Of a stretch of DNA of 64,000 bases, positions 49,501 to 62,696 are shown piece after piece; the stretch's first letter is position 1, and each line of letters starts with the position of its first letter. The DNA comes from Lytechinus pictus. Taxonomy: Eukaryota. Under the pieces are notes generated by a model, which saw only the letters and a program-made list of their open reading frames with translations, was not told the DNA's origin and searched no databases. The translations under genes and the position numbers were made by a program. The DNA is taken from contig NC_087245.1 of assembly GCF_037042905.1 (NCBI RefSeq), positions 16,246,001 to 16,310,000 of the forward strand, read 5' to 3'.

Positions 49501-52500
49501 CTCATTTCTCTCTCTCTCTTCTTCTTCTCTCTCCCTCCTCCCCTTTGCTTATTTCTCTCTTTCTCAAACTTTTATTGATGAGATATATCTTTTAATTGGA
49601 GATAAGTTTTGACGTAGAATACTGTAATTACGTTTTTATTCATTTGCTTTGTTATATTTGTATATTCTACTTCATGAATTTTTGTAAATTGACCCTTTCA
49701 GCTTGTGCTGCTGGTCAATTTTTATGTGCATATATACCAATAAATAAAAAAATAAAAATAAACAAGAAGAACAAATTGCATCCATTTCTAATATAGAATT
49801 CAAGAGTACGCTATGGTTGTGTAGGCCTATTTGGATTGCAAAAGTACTACCGTACTTATATATTTCATGTGACAAATAAAATCATAAGTTAGTCCTTCTC
49901 TTAAAAAATAAGCATACTTACTCCTTTTCTTCTTGCAGCAGGTTCTCAATGAATTTCTTTGCAAGATCTGAAATTTCGTCGAAGCACTCGTCATCGAAAT
50001 CCCATTCAACTTTCAGGATATTACTCATCGTCTCTCCCTCATTATCACCCATGAACGGTGAAAATCCACTCAATCTGTAGTCATGGTAATGAGAACAATT
50101 ATCATTATGTTAATATATGGTGACGTAGTGGCATGGCTGTATGCAATTTTTTTTCCTGCGACGAATAATGAAAATTTCGAACAAACTCGAAAGCGAGCGA
50201 GCTTGTAATGATCATGGAAGCATTGTTGTATTTTCTAAACTGAAATCGTAGTATTTCGTTCATACTATGATGAATTTTGTGATTTTTTTTCAGTAAAAAA
50301 GATATTAATTATCTAAATTTCGGGGGAGGGGGGACAACTGCCATCCTGCCACCCCTCCCCCCCCCCCCCCCGCTGGGTGCGGCAATGCCTAGTGGGACAC
50401 AGTTTAAAAACGGTTTTAACATATGATCAAAACTTAAATTGATGTGTATGTCTGAACAAGCAAATAAATTTATGTGATGATTTTATAGAACATAATTTCA
50501 TTGGCTGAGACCCAGAGAATATTTTTCTACACAGAATCTGATTTAAGAGATACGCAAAAACTGACGATCATGTCAACGTGATGCAAACATTAAAATCTAC
50601 GCATATGAAGAAAGCCAACACCGTGAAAAGTGAGAAGAAGGTTCAATCATTTTGTGAATGTGACATAGACAAAAAAGTTACAATTTTTTCACAAATATAT
50701 TTCCAAATTCTAAATGATTTGTCATTTCGACTGTGAACAATAGTCGTCAGAGAATTTAGACAGCTTCACAAACCAAATTATTATCTACTCACAAGATATA
50801 ACAGATGACACCCACACTCCACATGTCTGTACCGTAAGCGACATCATCATATGAAACCACTTCCGGGGCAAGGAATTCCGGTGTTCCACATGATACCTGT
50901 AGTCCTTTAGTATATTTCTGGGCAAGACCGAAGTCGATGATTTTGATTTTGTTGCTGTTTTTTCTTACACAAAGGATATTCTCGGGCTGTAAAGGAAAGT
51001 TTTAAATACTGTTAAACATGTGAATCGTGACATCTTACCTACCGCATTTTCACGAAAAGTGGTAATAAGATAATAATATAATAATAATGATGATAATAAT
51101 ACTAATGATGATAATAACAATAATAATGATAATAATGATACTAATGATAATAATAACAATAACAATAATAATGATAATAATGATACTAATGATAATAATA
51201 ATAATAATAATAACAATAATAATGATACTAATGATAATAATAATAATAACAATAATAATAATAATATAAATTTTATTTACAGAGATTAGCGGCGTCAACT
51301 CTTATGATATGTTCTTCCAGCGGGTCCTGCATAACAATATATTTTTGAATGTATTTTTAATGTGTTTTTATGCTATATTACCTGGATTTTTATGAGATTG
51401 TGGAAAATAAATAAATCTAATCTAAATCTAATATGTTTTTAGTATCTTTCTTCTTTCGAATACGTCGAGCACCTGACAAGAATACAAATGGTCCATTTTA
51501 AAGTCTTTGGTATAACTCGGCTCGGGATTGAACCAAGGACCTCCCCGTTTATGAGTCGGACACTCTACCAGTGAGCCAACATGTCAGGTAATGAATGCAG
51601 TCTTCTCATTCTTTGATATTTTTTTCTTTTCGAATAGACCTTTAAACAATAGTTTTGCAGTTTGCAAAGATATTCCTGATTAAAAAATTGATTGTAAAAA
51701 TGACTACATCATGGTTTCCAGAGATTCCATCCAGTAAAAATGACGACTGCGTCACTTTAAATGTGTGCTTAACTTCTTTCTTAGGCATTACGAATACTTA
51801 CCTTCATATCTAGATGTAGAACTTTCTTTTCATGCATAAACTTGACTCCTTCACATATTTGCCTCATTAGGAAAACAACTACAGCCTCCGTCAATTCAAA
51901 TTCCTCGTCAACTACGCGATCGAATAATTCTCCTCCTGAAACACTGAGGTGAGACACGAAATATAAAGAAAATATGTGTATGCATTCCAGTTCATTAATG
52001 ATTAATCTACTTCGCTGATTACATACCTTCTCTGGTGTGTGAATGAATATTCAAAATTGCCATGGTAAGCTATATATTAGTTTTAACAATAACGTGAAAC
52101 GAATTTGCATACATCTTATCTTAACATTAAAATAATATTTTACTCTGCCACATAAATACATGAAGTTGAATCTATACAGCCTTAATGTCTTGGACTAGAA
52201 ACCTGCCATTTGATTAAAATAGAAACATAAGTACATTCTAATCACAATAATTATACCCTGGTCAAATGTCTAGAGAGTGGCATAAAATATGAACTAACGT
52301 GGCCTTTCTATTTGAAATTGTCAGAATGACTGCAGTCACACCAACGAATTCGGCTCCATACACACCGCTGTTATGTCATAGGAAATAATGTATAACAGCT
52401 GTGGTCGGTCTGAGGTCGATTTCATTAGTCTAAAAACTGTGGCGTAAGACTCACAATTCGAGAATCATAACCATGTTCGGTCCGCTTGCGAATGCATCGT

Positions 52501-55500
52501 AAAGTTGGAGTAATTTGGGATGCTGGAGAATCATCATAATTTCAATTTCATGTTCCACCTATGGACGAAAAAATATATATACATAGTGTAAATTGACGAG
52601 ATTATTATTGTACAAGGAATACGATGTGCGAAAGATTGGGTCCATCGTAATTATAGGAAATCTGTAATCTCCGAATGGTTTAGTCCATTAACACGAAGAT
52701 TTGTGGATGGAAATAATAGCATCGACAGGCGAATTTACGAATAGCGCGCGTAATCGCGTAACTCAACCTTTCATAAAATGTTTTTAATTCAGGAAGTGGT
52801 ATGCCTCTGACCCTATTATTAGTAAAGGGTTGTGTTGGTGAAAGATTTTTGTTTATCCTCCAAGTTGATAAATATGTCCAATTAAAAATTCTAAAAAAAA
52901 TTGTCGTTGGTCAGCAATGAAAATTATACAACGGAGTAAAAAGTCCACATAAAGTTAAAAATAAGCACATTGAAATAAAATTAGTTGGGAGAAATCAATA
53001 TCGCTGCTCAAACCAAGCAAGGTATCAGCGTCAATAAAACAAATATATAAAAATAAAGTTTTGTACATTCATTCGTAGATTAATTGTTATATTTTCTGAA
53101 TAGGATTAGTTTTTCATATACATGGAAAAGCCTGTTTCGTCTCAGTAATAAAATCTAATCCATATCAAAATCATTTGAATTTCATTTACCTCTTTCTTGT
53201 CTTCTGGTTTTTCAGCTTTAATGAATTTCGCTGCCCAAATCTTTTTCGTCTTCTTTTCCACGCATTTATTTACAGTACCGAATTTTCCTCTGCGGATAAA
53301 AACAACGAAAAAAAAATGTATATGTATAGATCTCAAAGGGTGAAAGAAATATCATGCGTGCACGCAGTCAAATTTCTTTACACATTCTAAATTGAATTAT
53401 GTCGATTTAAAATTATATTTTTCTCCCCTTAAATCCTGTTCGTTGTTTTTTCATCAAACCTGAACGGTAAGACGAAGACCTGGTAATAATGTTTATTTCG
53501 ATGAAATGCAAAGAATAAATCGGTCCATCATACTAACCAGTCTCTACATGTTTGAGTTATTCATACTTTTTAATCCATGTTTTCTCCCAAACATCAACGA
53601 AGTTAGTGACACTTCTAATCAAACCTATATTTTTCTTCATTCTTCCTTCTATGTATTTAATAACAGTGTGTGACATACTGATTTTATTATGTAAAGTATC
53701 TAAGATACATGATGAGCAAATTAAACAAACGGCAAATACCTACTTTCCCAATTCCTCTCTGATTTCATACGAATCTTTTACATTCTTAGCTTGAACTTTC
53801 ACGTCCCTGGGCTCGAATGCTGCTTCATCTATTGAGGAATGGGAGAGATAAACAACACTGTCAGCATGCTGAAAGCAAGTCAAGTATTGATCTGTTCACT
53901 GTTGACTTTGATTACATGTATGTCCGTTATTTTGGAAAGCTTTTGGAAACACAACGATTGTATGCAATTCTGTTGTACAACAACAGCAACAATAACAATG
54001 TTAAATCCCCAGAAAGGAAAAGTCGAGATAAAGCGAGCTTCAAATCGGATACAACTCCCGGGGGCCGTTTCATAAAGCTGTTCGTAAGTTAAGAGCGACT
54101 TTAAGAGTGACTAGTGATCCTTTCACACTCGCTAACACATCGCCAATGAATATTTTGGTGTATACCATTTACCAAAGAAAGGATCACCAGTCGTTCTTAA
54201 AGTCGCTCTTAACTTACGAACAGCTTTATGAAACACCCACCTGGGCGGAGATAAAATAAAAAGTCTTGACCACTAAGTTCCTCATCACTTCATTTCTATT
54301 TGATTTCGGGAGATATTCATCATTTAGACTAAATTTTATATTTCCATAAACTCCATAGTTGATGGATTTTCAATTACATTCTCCATGCTGGAGTCTCCAT
54401 TAGGACAAGGCTTCCTTGAGCTACGCTATACGATCGACTTCAGGTTTCGATGGTAACATGACTGTCTTCGTGGGTGATCACTTTTCTACATCCAACGGTC
54501 GTTACTATTTAATGTAATGTAATATTTGAAACAATAAAACTTATGATTAAACCAAAAGGTACGGTATTTTAATCAAGAGTGGGATGGAATAGCGTGCATT
54601 CTCAGTACTGGTGCGATTGGAGAGAATATTCTTGAAGATTAATTAGTCTTTGACGAAATAAGACCTATTCTGACACCGAGAAAAAGCGTCGTACAATCTA
54701 TCGGTCCGAGGGGGGGGGGGGGAACTCTACGCTTCGCTACAAATGCCAGTACAGCCATTACAAGTCCAGTGCAGAGTGATACAATCAAATGCGAGAATTT
54801 TCTTAGGCTAGTGACTTATGATCTCTCCCAGCATATAATTCACCAATTACACCGGCCATTTCGCCTTGTCTTCTGTTACTTTTATGTATATATTTCTTGT
54901 AATTCCCGCTCAGAAAAAAAGTAAAAACCTAGTTTTTGCACTGCAACGCAGAATCCTTTCAAGAACTTAGAACGTCTATTCCCGAATGCCCTTCATGACA
55001 AAAAGCAACCAAGAAGTCTTTGTCGAAATTTGGTGAATCAAAACAGCAGTTTCATTCTGAGCTCTGGACAAATGACGTATATGAAATTTTTTAGTGAGCT
55101 CAGAAACTTAGGGCGAAATTACTGTTCCGGTTCACCAATTTTCGACAAAGACCTCCCAGCTGTCATTTGACGGGCATTTTCAGTACATTTACTCTATTCT
55201 TGAATTCATCGTTCGCCGTGGAAGCAAACACTCCCTAATGTCAGACTGCGCAACCATTAGTGCAGGACATGCATACAGCGTACCCTCTCTCATCAATTTA
55301 TTTTCCATTCAAATCCCAAAGATTGCTGCTCGTAATTAAACATAGGCCCTCTCGCAAATGAAGGCTTCGAAAAGATCCTTGGATATAATTACATGAATAA
55401 CAGTGAAGGTCAGCAAAGCACGCAATGAAAATTCTAAAGAATATCTCTTTCTACTGCTGCTATCCTGCATGAGCTGAGTAAGTTTTAACTTTGAATTATA

Positions 55501-58500
55501 GTTAAAGCCATGCCAGTGGGTGATTTCATGGATCAGTTTTACAAACTCATAATAAGTTTTGGAGCTAGCGGAAGTAATCCAAATTCCAACACCAACACTA
55601 ACACCAAGGCAAACACTGTACTTGAAATTCACCCAGTGGCGCCTCGGCACAATGCAAATGATGTCGCTTTACCCCGACTTCACGACTGCGCATCGACTTG
55701 TCATTGAGCATTAAATATAAGAGAAAAAAGTCATTGTGATCACACAAAAACGCCATTGTTGAGTGTCTTTAAACGTTGTCAGTTAAGAATCCTGAGTGCA
55801 AAAGCCAACTTTCCTTTCAAATTCAGACAAAAGCGGCCATGGCTCGGGTGTATCACAACAATGATTATGTTCGGTTCTTTTTAGTTCACAGCACATAATT
55901 AAGCAAGTCCCCCATACACTTGTATGAACCAACCATATCACCATGACGCCACCCAACTACTCCTGTAATATGATAGGTAAGAAATTTAATTTCCTTCTTA
56001 TTATTATTATGTATATATGTGCATAATTTTTTTTCAGCTCAAACAATATTAAGACCATATCAAAATATTTTTTGCGGTGTCTACGTGTATGCTGGATTGC
56101 TTTAGTCATTCAATAGAATGCGAGCTTAAACTGAAGAATGTCTTTCTTGAAAATGTGAGGATTCTGCTTTAAAAATTCAAAGTGTATTATGGTATGGGAA
56201 TGGAATATAAATTCAACGCTATCATATTTTACTTTACTTCTACTTACCAGGCACGTTTTCTTCGTCCAGTTCATCGTCTGTGAAAATAGAAATTGGGAGA
56301 GAAATGTTAATGTATTATGTATTTTTAAACCATAATTCATTTATTTATCGCAAGCACATAGAGTTTATTTTATGATTATTCGGGCAATATATATAGGCTA
56401 ATGCTTCTTACATTAAATACGTCATCGCTTTATATCCACCATCACTGGTCCACCTCAAGTCCACATTTGCCCTTTCAACCGATATGTTATAGTGTTAATT
56501 AGATCCATTTTAGAATCCCCGTACCAGATTAATCTTAATAGAGTATTGTGACAAGGAGATAGAGTTTGACGGTTGTTTGATGAGATGTATACCAGAAGAC
56601 GGTTCCTGGAAGAGGAAAAGGCCGTGTTGTTAGAATGTCAAGCATGTAATATCACCCTGGCGGTTATCGTGTTTATGACGTATGTTCATGGGTGGTAGGG
56701 GCAGTCATTATCCCACTGATACAGGATACCGTTGGGTTATATCCATGCGTTGTAACGGCCATGATGCCGAGGAGGATGTTCGCCCCTGTTGCATGACGTC
56801 TATTCGTGTTGTTCACGTGTCCACAACCTTGGGTAATCCTTTGTTAAAGGCAATATGCCACAGTCATATAGCACCCTGGATTAGATTCCCTCGATCCTGA
56901 CTTTCTTACCCTTATGCCGTAGTATTGTAATTCATGTCTGGTAGAATTTGACTGCTATTCTTTTCAGCATCCACGTCACAGATAAGTTTCCCAGAAACAA
57001 AATGACTACATAACTCCCCAACATTCTTGTATTTTGACGAATGTGACAATTACAATGCAACTATCTGCCCATTAAACACATGAAAATTACGGTACGTTTT
57101 GAATGCATCCAAATATTGGAGCCTTACAGAACTCTGATCTTGCTAATGAAATGTGCAGTTCAATTTGAATGTTGGTTGAAATGTGCTGTTCACATTTTCT
57201 AGGAAATGGAACGGAGATTAAAAAATTTAGCATTGGAGTCTATAATCTGGTACGGCAGCCGTCTTGAAATGATTGAAATAGCAGCTATATAGTATCTGCA
57301 TTTCAAATGCGCCAAAGAGATCTTTTACAAAACAAGTATGACAGTTGAGAATCAATCTTACACATCATTTCATTCATATTTTCACCAGTACATTCTCTCT
57401 AACTCAAGGTACCTCAAGTTATTTAGAAATCAATACCACTCGATTTTATTATTTGATTATAACATTGTCTTTGTCTAATTTTGCATATTGTTAGTTTACG
57501 CTATCGGCTTATTGTTTTATGTCTATGTAGGCCTATATATTAAGCCTATGTTATAGACCATGCATCCCATTGTTGAATTGGCAACTGAGGTACACAACCG
57601 TCTCGCTATTTTGAATTAGCATATTTAAAAAAATATCCAGCTGACTAATTGATTCAATAAGTAGAGAGATAAATCATTGAAAGGACATTATGCCGATGAA
57701 CAAAAATACAGAAATGTATATTCAAAATATTTGTTGAGGAAAGTTTCCTTTATTTTTTATTACTATTATCGTGTCACTATTGCTATTGTTAGCAGTAGGA
57801 ATCTGTGCAGTCTTAATGGGTTCGTGTAATGTGCTTTGCACATTTCTTTGAACGAAAGCAATAGCAGGCCGGTTGTTTCCTATGTAACCCCACTTGTACT
57901 AAAAATGATCAGTGATTGATGATGTCATTTTACATGGTATTTGAGCTCCAGAATTCCAACCGTCTCAATCTGTCATAATTTATTCATCTTAGGTCTGCTG
58001 CTTCAGTGTGCGTTTAGTCGTGACATACTAGAATTGCAATCATCTAAACTGGGGACATTCCTTCCCCCTTGCGAGCTCCTTGAAGAGAGTGATCTCTCCT
58101 GCTAATTCTTGGTCGCAATCTTGCCTGATAGGGTCGTTATGTTGAAGTTCAAATGGCATTCCAGATATCTACTTTTAGTCCATTACCCGCCACTGTGTGA
58201 GATCTTTGCAATCAGTACGTTGTAATGATCAGATTAACATCTGACATCTTCGACATTACCATATATTGTGGAGCACGCTGTACGACACGATAAGAATAGG
58301 CCTTTGAATATAATGATATTATATCCTGGGACCTATTCTTAGACTGCAAGTGTATTACCCCTTTTCCGATTTTCAACAATAAAACATGTCCTACTTCTGG
58401 CCGGTTTAATTTAATTTGGTCCAATGCCAATTAGTCCAATTGCCAACTCGTCTCCTATCATTTGGTCTACCGTCAGTTCGTCCAATATCCACATGGTCTA

Positions 58501-60363
58501 ATTTCCATTTCGTCCACTTACCATTTCGTCTAATAACCAGTTGGTCCAATAGCCATTTAGTCCATATATCATTTGGTTTAATTAGACTAAGTGTTAATTG
58601 GGCAAAATTAATGAAAATAAGACGAATATTAGACCAACGGGTCATGAGACGAAATGGTCATAGACGAACTGGTGATTAAACGAAGTGATGATTGGACCAA
58701 GTGGTTATTGGACCAAATGGTTGTTAGACGAAATGTTGATGGACGGAATGTCATTATACTAAATGAAGGTAGACCATGTGGTGAGTGGACGAATTGGTAA
58801 TTTACCCTTCTGGCCTTTGGTTCCCAATTAATATCAGTTGCGGTACAATGATGAAACTTTCAAATATGTATATATTTTCAGTTCCTAATTTAATCTTTGA
58901 AACAATTATCTTGCAAATCATCTTGGCTTGCAAAGCATGGAGGGTAATCCAAACGCATAAGTTTTGGAAAGTAATAATAGTGTTACGTTATGGATTGTAT
59001 ATGCAGAGGATCTGTAAAACCCAGCAGGATTCTTTCCATCTCGAGAGTTCTCGGGATTATCCAGGTCAGACGTCTTCAATAAATTAGAATGACCGATCTA
59101 CAGACTGCTGGGGACAGACATTCCAACTTGGTCAGCCTTAGATTGGACACCAAAGACTGCTCTAATATGTTCCAACCTTTACAAGTAACTGCTAAGCCAG
59201 TTGTCTCTGTCCTTTGGCCTTCTTAAAGTCATCTGTTTTGTCTATCAGTGGATAATTAGCCAGCCGCCGGCTACATGCAGCTCTGGCAATGTCGTCCTTG
59301 TCATCTACCCTAGGGTACGTGAGTTCTGGTATTCTGATTCCAAACAAAATGCATCTATTTGTACACCTCTACACCCTCTGTTAAAAAGTCAATATCATCA
59401 ACCCTTGTATATATATATATATAAAAACTTTGTAGATGACAAAGATCAAGACAATCATTGATTTAGAATATGATTTTCGTGAGTCTAAGCTACAATGGGT
59501 CATAATTTTTATAGTCCCCTACTGTTACAGAGTACGGTCAAAGTAAGGTTCTGTTTAAGTGTTCGTTATTTTTGTTGAAAATTTAAAAAATGAAATTAAA
59601 CGAATCAATTAACAAACTCGTTTATCTCTATACCTTTTAATTGCGATATATTTGAAATAAGATTAAGCTTGCTTACCAGCTTCAGATGGTTGGATTGGAT
59701 CCGAGATGGCGCTGGGTTTCGACTTCCCAATGGCGTTTATACAACTGACCCGGAACTGATATTTCTTGCTCTCACTAACCCCCTTGCAGGCATAGCTAGT
59801 ACTGAATACGTTATCGGCGACATTCTTCCATTTCTTGCCGCCATCCTCGCTCATCTCCACAAGGTAACCCGTCACAATACTTCCGCCATCATAGGTGGTG
59901 CCAGCCCATACCAGGTTGATGGTGTCCTTCGTGCACTTCGCGGCAAAGGGCTTGTCTGCCGGCGGTTCAGGGGGTTCTGCAAACAAAGATAGTGGTATAA
60001 ACCTTCGTAAGATGCAGTTTTACTTTAGGATATATCCATCATAAAATTATAGACAATTTTATTTTATACATTTTTGGGTGTTCCTGTGGTTAAAAAGAAC
60101 TATTCTGATTTTCTTTATCAGATTGTTTACTTTACTCTCGCAAAACTGGCCCTGTCATGAAATAATAATTCAAGAATTATGATGGCGACTCTTAAAAGTT
60201 CAGATTACCTGATACTAACTCATAACAATCCCATCAATATGTATTTATTATTACAAAATTGTATACTGTTAAGTATAAATGGAGAGGCAGTACTTTTGAA
60301 TAGTAATCTTCTTCTGAGGTGTTAGTTACAGCATGTTATTGTAATTAACTTACCAGCAGGCAT
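46530..60363 (-). CDS. MYLK: Myosin light chain kinase (Fn3-kinase-CaM-binding helix), 11 coding exons, about 429 aa
   Basis: Exons in transcript order: 60363-60354, 59976-59677, 56277-56248, 53828-53744, 53289-53190, 52558-52455, 51943-51802, 50986-50793, 50074-49922, 47771-47651, 46580-46530; 1290 nt in frame. Motifs LGKGKFGTV, WAAKFIK, VSGGELFDRVVDEEFELTE, HLDMKPENILC, IIDFGLA, GTPEFLAPE, LSKARLKKYIIKRRWQKAFNAVRA. The start codon is the least certain part. Confidence 0.88.
47651..47771 (-). CDS. MYLK: MLCK exon: kinase end and autoinhibitory segment
   Basis: tttcag|DRLSANQCLEAEWL...KKYIIKRRWQ|gtgagt. Confidence 0.92.
48122..49765 (+). mobile_element. 5'-truncated non-LTR retrotransposon (CR1/L2-group-like), antisense in an MLCK intron
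   Basis: Open frame 48122-48925 with RT motifs GSLGPVLFLILVND and KYVDD, then KLLGV..L.W..HI and RPILEYASPVW; A-rich tail near 49740-49765; 3' end approximate. Confidence 0.85.
49922..50074 (-). CDS. MYLK: MLCK exon: C-lobe
   Basis: ctacag|LSGFSPFMGDNEGETMSNI...FDEISDLAKKFIENLL...|gtaagt. Confidence 0.93.
50793..50986 (-). CDS. MYLK: MLCK exon: DFG to APE region
   Basis: ttacag|PENILC...IKIIDFGLAQ...GTPEFLAPEVV...DMWSVGVICYIL|gtgagt. Confidence 0.95.
51062..51268. repeat. (AAT)n-based microsatellite
   Basis: Read directly from the sequence. Confidence 0.95.
51460..51590 (-). mobile_element. tRNA-derived SINE fragment
   Basis: Minus strand TGGCTCACTGGTAGAGTGTCCGACTCATAAAC...GGTTCAATCCC (A and B boxes). 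Confidence 0.6.
51802..51943 (-). CDS. MYLK: MLCK exon: hinge to catalytic loop
   Basis: cctcag|VSGGELFDRVVDEEFELTE...MRQICEGVKFMH...HLDMK|gtaagt. Confidence 0.95.
52455..52558 (-). CDS. MYLK: MLCK exon: alphaC to gatekeeper
   Basis: ccatag|VEHEIEIMMILQHPKLLQLYDAF...VMILE|gtgagt. Confidence 0.93.
53190..53289 (-). CDS. MYLK: MLCK exon: G-loop and catalytic lysine
   Basis: ccgcag|GKFGTVNKCVEKKTKKIWAAKFIK...KKE|gtaaat. Confidence 0.93.
53744..53828 (-). CDS. MYLK: MLCK exon: linker and kinase start
   Basis: caatag|DEAAFEPRDVKVQAKNVKDSYEIREELGK|gtaggt. Confidence 0.9.
54061..54240. mobile_element. Palindromic MITE, same family as 31692-31885
   Basis: GTTTCATAAAGCTGTTCGTAAGTTAAGAGCGACTTTAAG ... 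CTTAAAGTCGCTCTTAACTTACGAACAGCTTTATGAAAC. Confidence 0.85.
56248..56277 (-). CDS. MYLK: MLCK 30-nt microexon (acidic linker)
   Basis: tttcacag|AC GAT GAA CTG GAC GAA GAA AAC GTG CCT G|gtaagt; DDELDEENVP; phase 1-1. Confidence 0.75.
58400..58810. repeat. Inverted array of short GTCCAA/TTGGAC-type repeats (probable non-autonomous DNA transposon)
   Basis: Left half has many GTCCA/GTCTA units and the right half has their complements TGGAC/TAGAC. Confidence 0.6.
59677..59976 (-). CDS. MYLK: MLCK exon: Fn3 domain
   Basis: ttgcag|EPPEPPADKP...LVWAGTTYDGGSIVTGYLVE...YQFRVSCINAIGKSKPS...|gtaagc. Confidence 0.95.
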
Positions 60364-60380
60364 CTTGACTTTATCTTATC
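60354..60380 (-). CDS. MYLK: 27-nt exon carrying a candidate start codon (MPA)
   Basis: ttctgcag|GATAAGATAAAGTCAAG ATG CCT GCT G|gtaagt; ATG at 60363-60361 is in frame with the Fn3 exon, and an in-frame TAA lies upstream in the same exon. Confidence 0.6.
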
Positions 60381-62688
60381 CTGCAGAACCAAAAAATGAC
60401 AAAGGGAAGAAAAACGATGATATAAGAGAGCTGACATAATTATAACTTACGATACTGAGTCACCTTTATGTAATTTGATATTGAGCAACATACATAAATG
60501 CCAATAAACACATTATTGATGTGTAATTAGATTTAGAGTAAAGTGTTTTTTTACATTTACTGTGAACGTTTAAATACAAGCATCCTATTCTCCAATTCTG
60601 AATCACCATACAGCTGAATTCAAGATTAGCTACTATAGTTAAAGCCAATTTGTATTTACTACGGGCTGAAGGGCTAGACATTTATAAACCAATATGTCGT
60701 ATTTTTCTAGATCTTATGAAATTCCAAGACAAATTTTACATAATTTAACAAAATACAAAATGGCATTCTTTTTTAAATCATATCGCGAACCAGCTGTAAG
60801 GTGATGTTCTTTCCCTAAGATTCCTATAAAAATATTTTTCAGATAGGCAGTGTTTTCATATCTAACCCCGATAACGAGAGGCTGTTATTACTCACATCTT
60901 ACGCAAAACATGATACACAATTCCAGATCATATCAAAATATTTCTACAATCAGAAGAGAAAATCAGAATTAGAATTTTGGTCTTAAAATCATTCGAGTCA
61001 TCCTTGACATGCTCCTAGTGCAAAAGTCTATCTCCTAATATCATCTAGAGTGGCGCTCCATTGGTGACCATCAGTGGTTCCATCTGTACGCAAAGATTGA
61101 CCTATGACGTAGAGCCATCTTGTTTGACAAGGATAGAGTGGAGTGAGCGAGCACGAGAAAGTGATACAAATAACAAACACAGATGAGGAGAAGACCTCTT
61201 GTTTATCCTCACAACAAATATCACTTGGAAACTTAATGGCAAATCAAAATAATTACATTGGTAAGGTAATAAGGTTATATCCGAACTGTACTGGAATAAA
61301 GTTTTATCACCGTCAACTCTTGGAGAGGTCGTCTAAGAGGAAAAGTGTGCCAGTTGGACAACCAAAGGTGACTTTTCATAAGTTGATGTCAAAAGATCTG
61401 TTGCCAGTCTCAAAGACCTTGCGTAAATAGACTTGTGTCTTTTTAATTGAAGGAATATCACGATCTCGTTAAAACAGACATGGTAGTGTTGTTCAAATTT
61501 CACCAAGCATCTTGTATATTGGTATAAGGCAAACCCCTTTAATGCAGGGGCAGTCCTCGAAGAATGCATCAGGGTATCACATACGAACACATGAATGAAC
61601 TATGGCATTTTCCTTCACCTAACCTACTTTCATGATCACTGTATGACTTATATCCTGGAGAAACCACGTAATACGACTGAAAAGGATGAATTATAACAGT
61701 ACTGCTTTATGTAAAGGAATGTGTGAAACAGATCAGGTAAAAGAAGAACTGAAGTTGCAAGAAGATTTTCTTAACGTTGTCAGCTTGTGGAATGGGTCGA
61801 TGCTCACTTTTTTTGGAGAATAGCCGATAAAGTTGCTAGGATATAGCTTCTTAGTAATTCCAACACGGTTATGACCCATATAACATAAAACGTATAGGAA
61901 ACTAGAACGTGATATGCAAATTAAATACAATGTAAGTGTAAAAGCAAGAAAAGGTGCTCCAATATACAAAATGCATAAATTGTCAATACATTTCACCCTC
62001 ATTCACAATATAATAAGTAACAATATTGCTTGAAATCATACCTTACGTATCATTTTACACATGTCACTCAAAGATTATCAGTTTACTGTAATATTACAAG
62101 TTTGTCACATATTAGGCATCAAAGATAAGTTAATCAATAAACATTTGGGTATGCAAGATCATTATTGGCGAATTTACATTCTGAAAGAAGTTTCGAACCG
62201 GCTCCCTTCCCATATATCAAACAATAGTGAAATCTTTAAGAAAAAAGAATGCCCAACGGAAATGTCCTCAGCAATCTTAATTATTCCTTAACTTAAAAGA
62301 AACAAACCCTTAAAACTATAGACATTTGCATTATTGGCAATGTTTTTAACAATTGAAAAGCAAACAATTGATTTATAATACTACTTTACAGTTTCCGTGA
62401 TATACTTTTTAAGGATCTTACCAAAGCAGAAAGAACTCCGGAGTGCGATGAAAGTGAAGTATTCCTAGAGCAAAACACTAAACACACCCTTCAGAAAAGA
62501 CCATATACTGCACAGATCTTCACTAGAATGGGGTTAGAAAGACTCGATATCGCAGTGACAAGAAAAACGCAGAGACTCAGCTGATAAAGCAAGCAAGGCA
62601 CACAAGAACACTCCTGGTGAAATCACCAAGGCATTAAAGAAAGGGCATTGGCGACCCGTCCATCGATAAGGTCATACAAACGGAGGTG

Positions 62689-62696
62689 TGACGTCA
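62689..62696. promoter_or_regulatory. CRE palindrome TGACGTCA in the candidate MLCK promoter
   Basis: Perfect 8-mer, near a minus-strand CCAAT (about 62647-62651) and upstream of a minus-strand donor TTG|gtaaga at 62422/62421. Confidence 0.3.

Noticed and set aside
50965..51298. Poly-Leu and poly-Ile ORFs that look like membrane proteins (also 37760-38011 and 30180-30659)
   Set aside because: Translations of (AAT)n and (GAT)n microsatellites.
54300..54505. Possible extra MLCK exon on the minus strand
   Set aside because: The required phase 1 frame hits a stop, and the flanking exons join cleanly without it.
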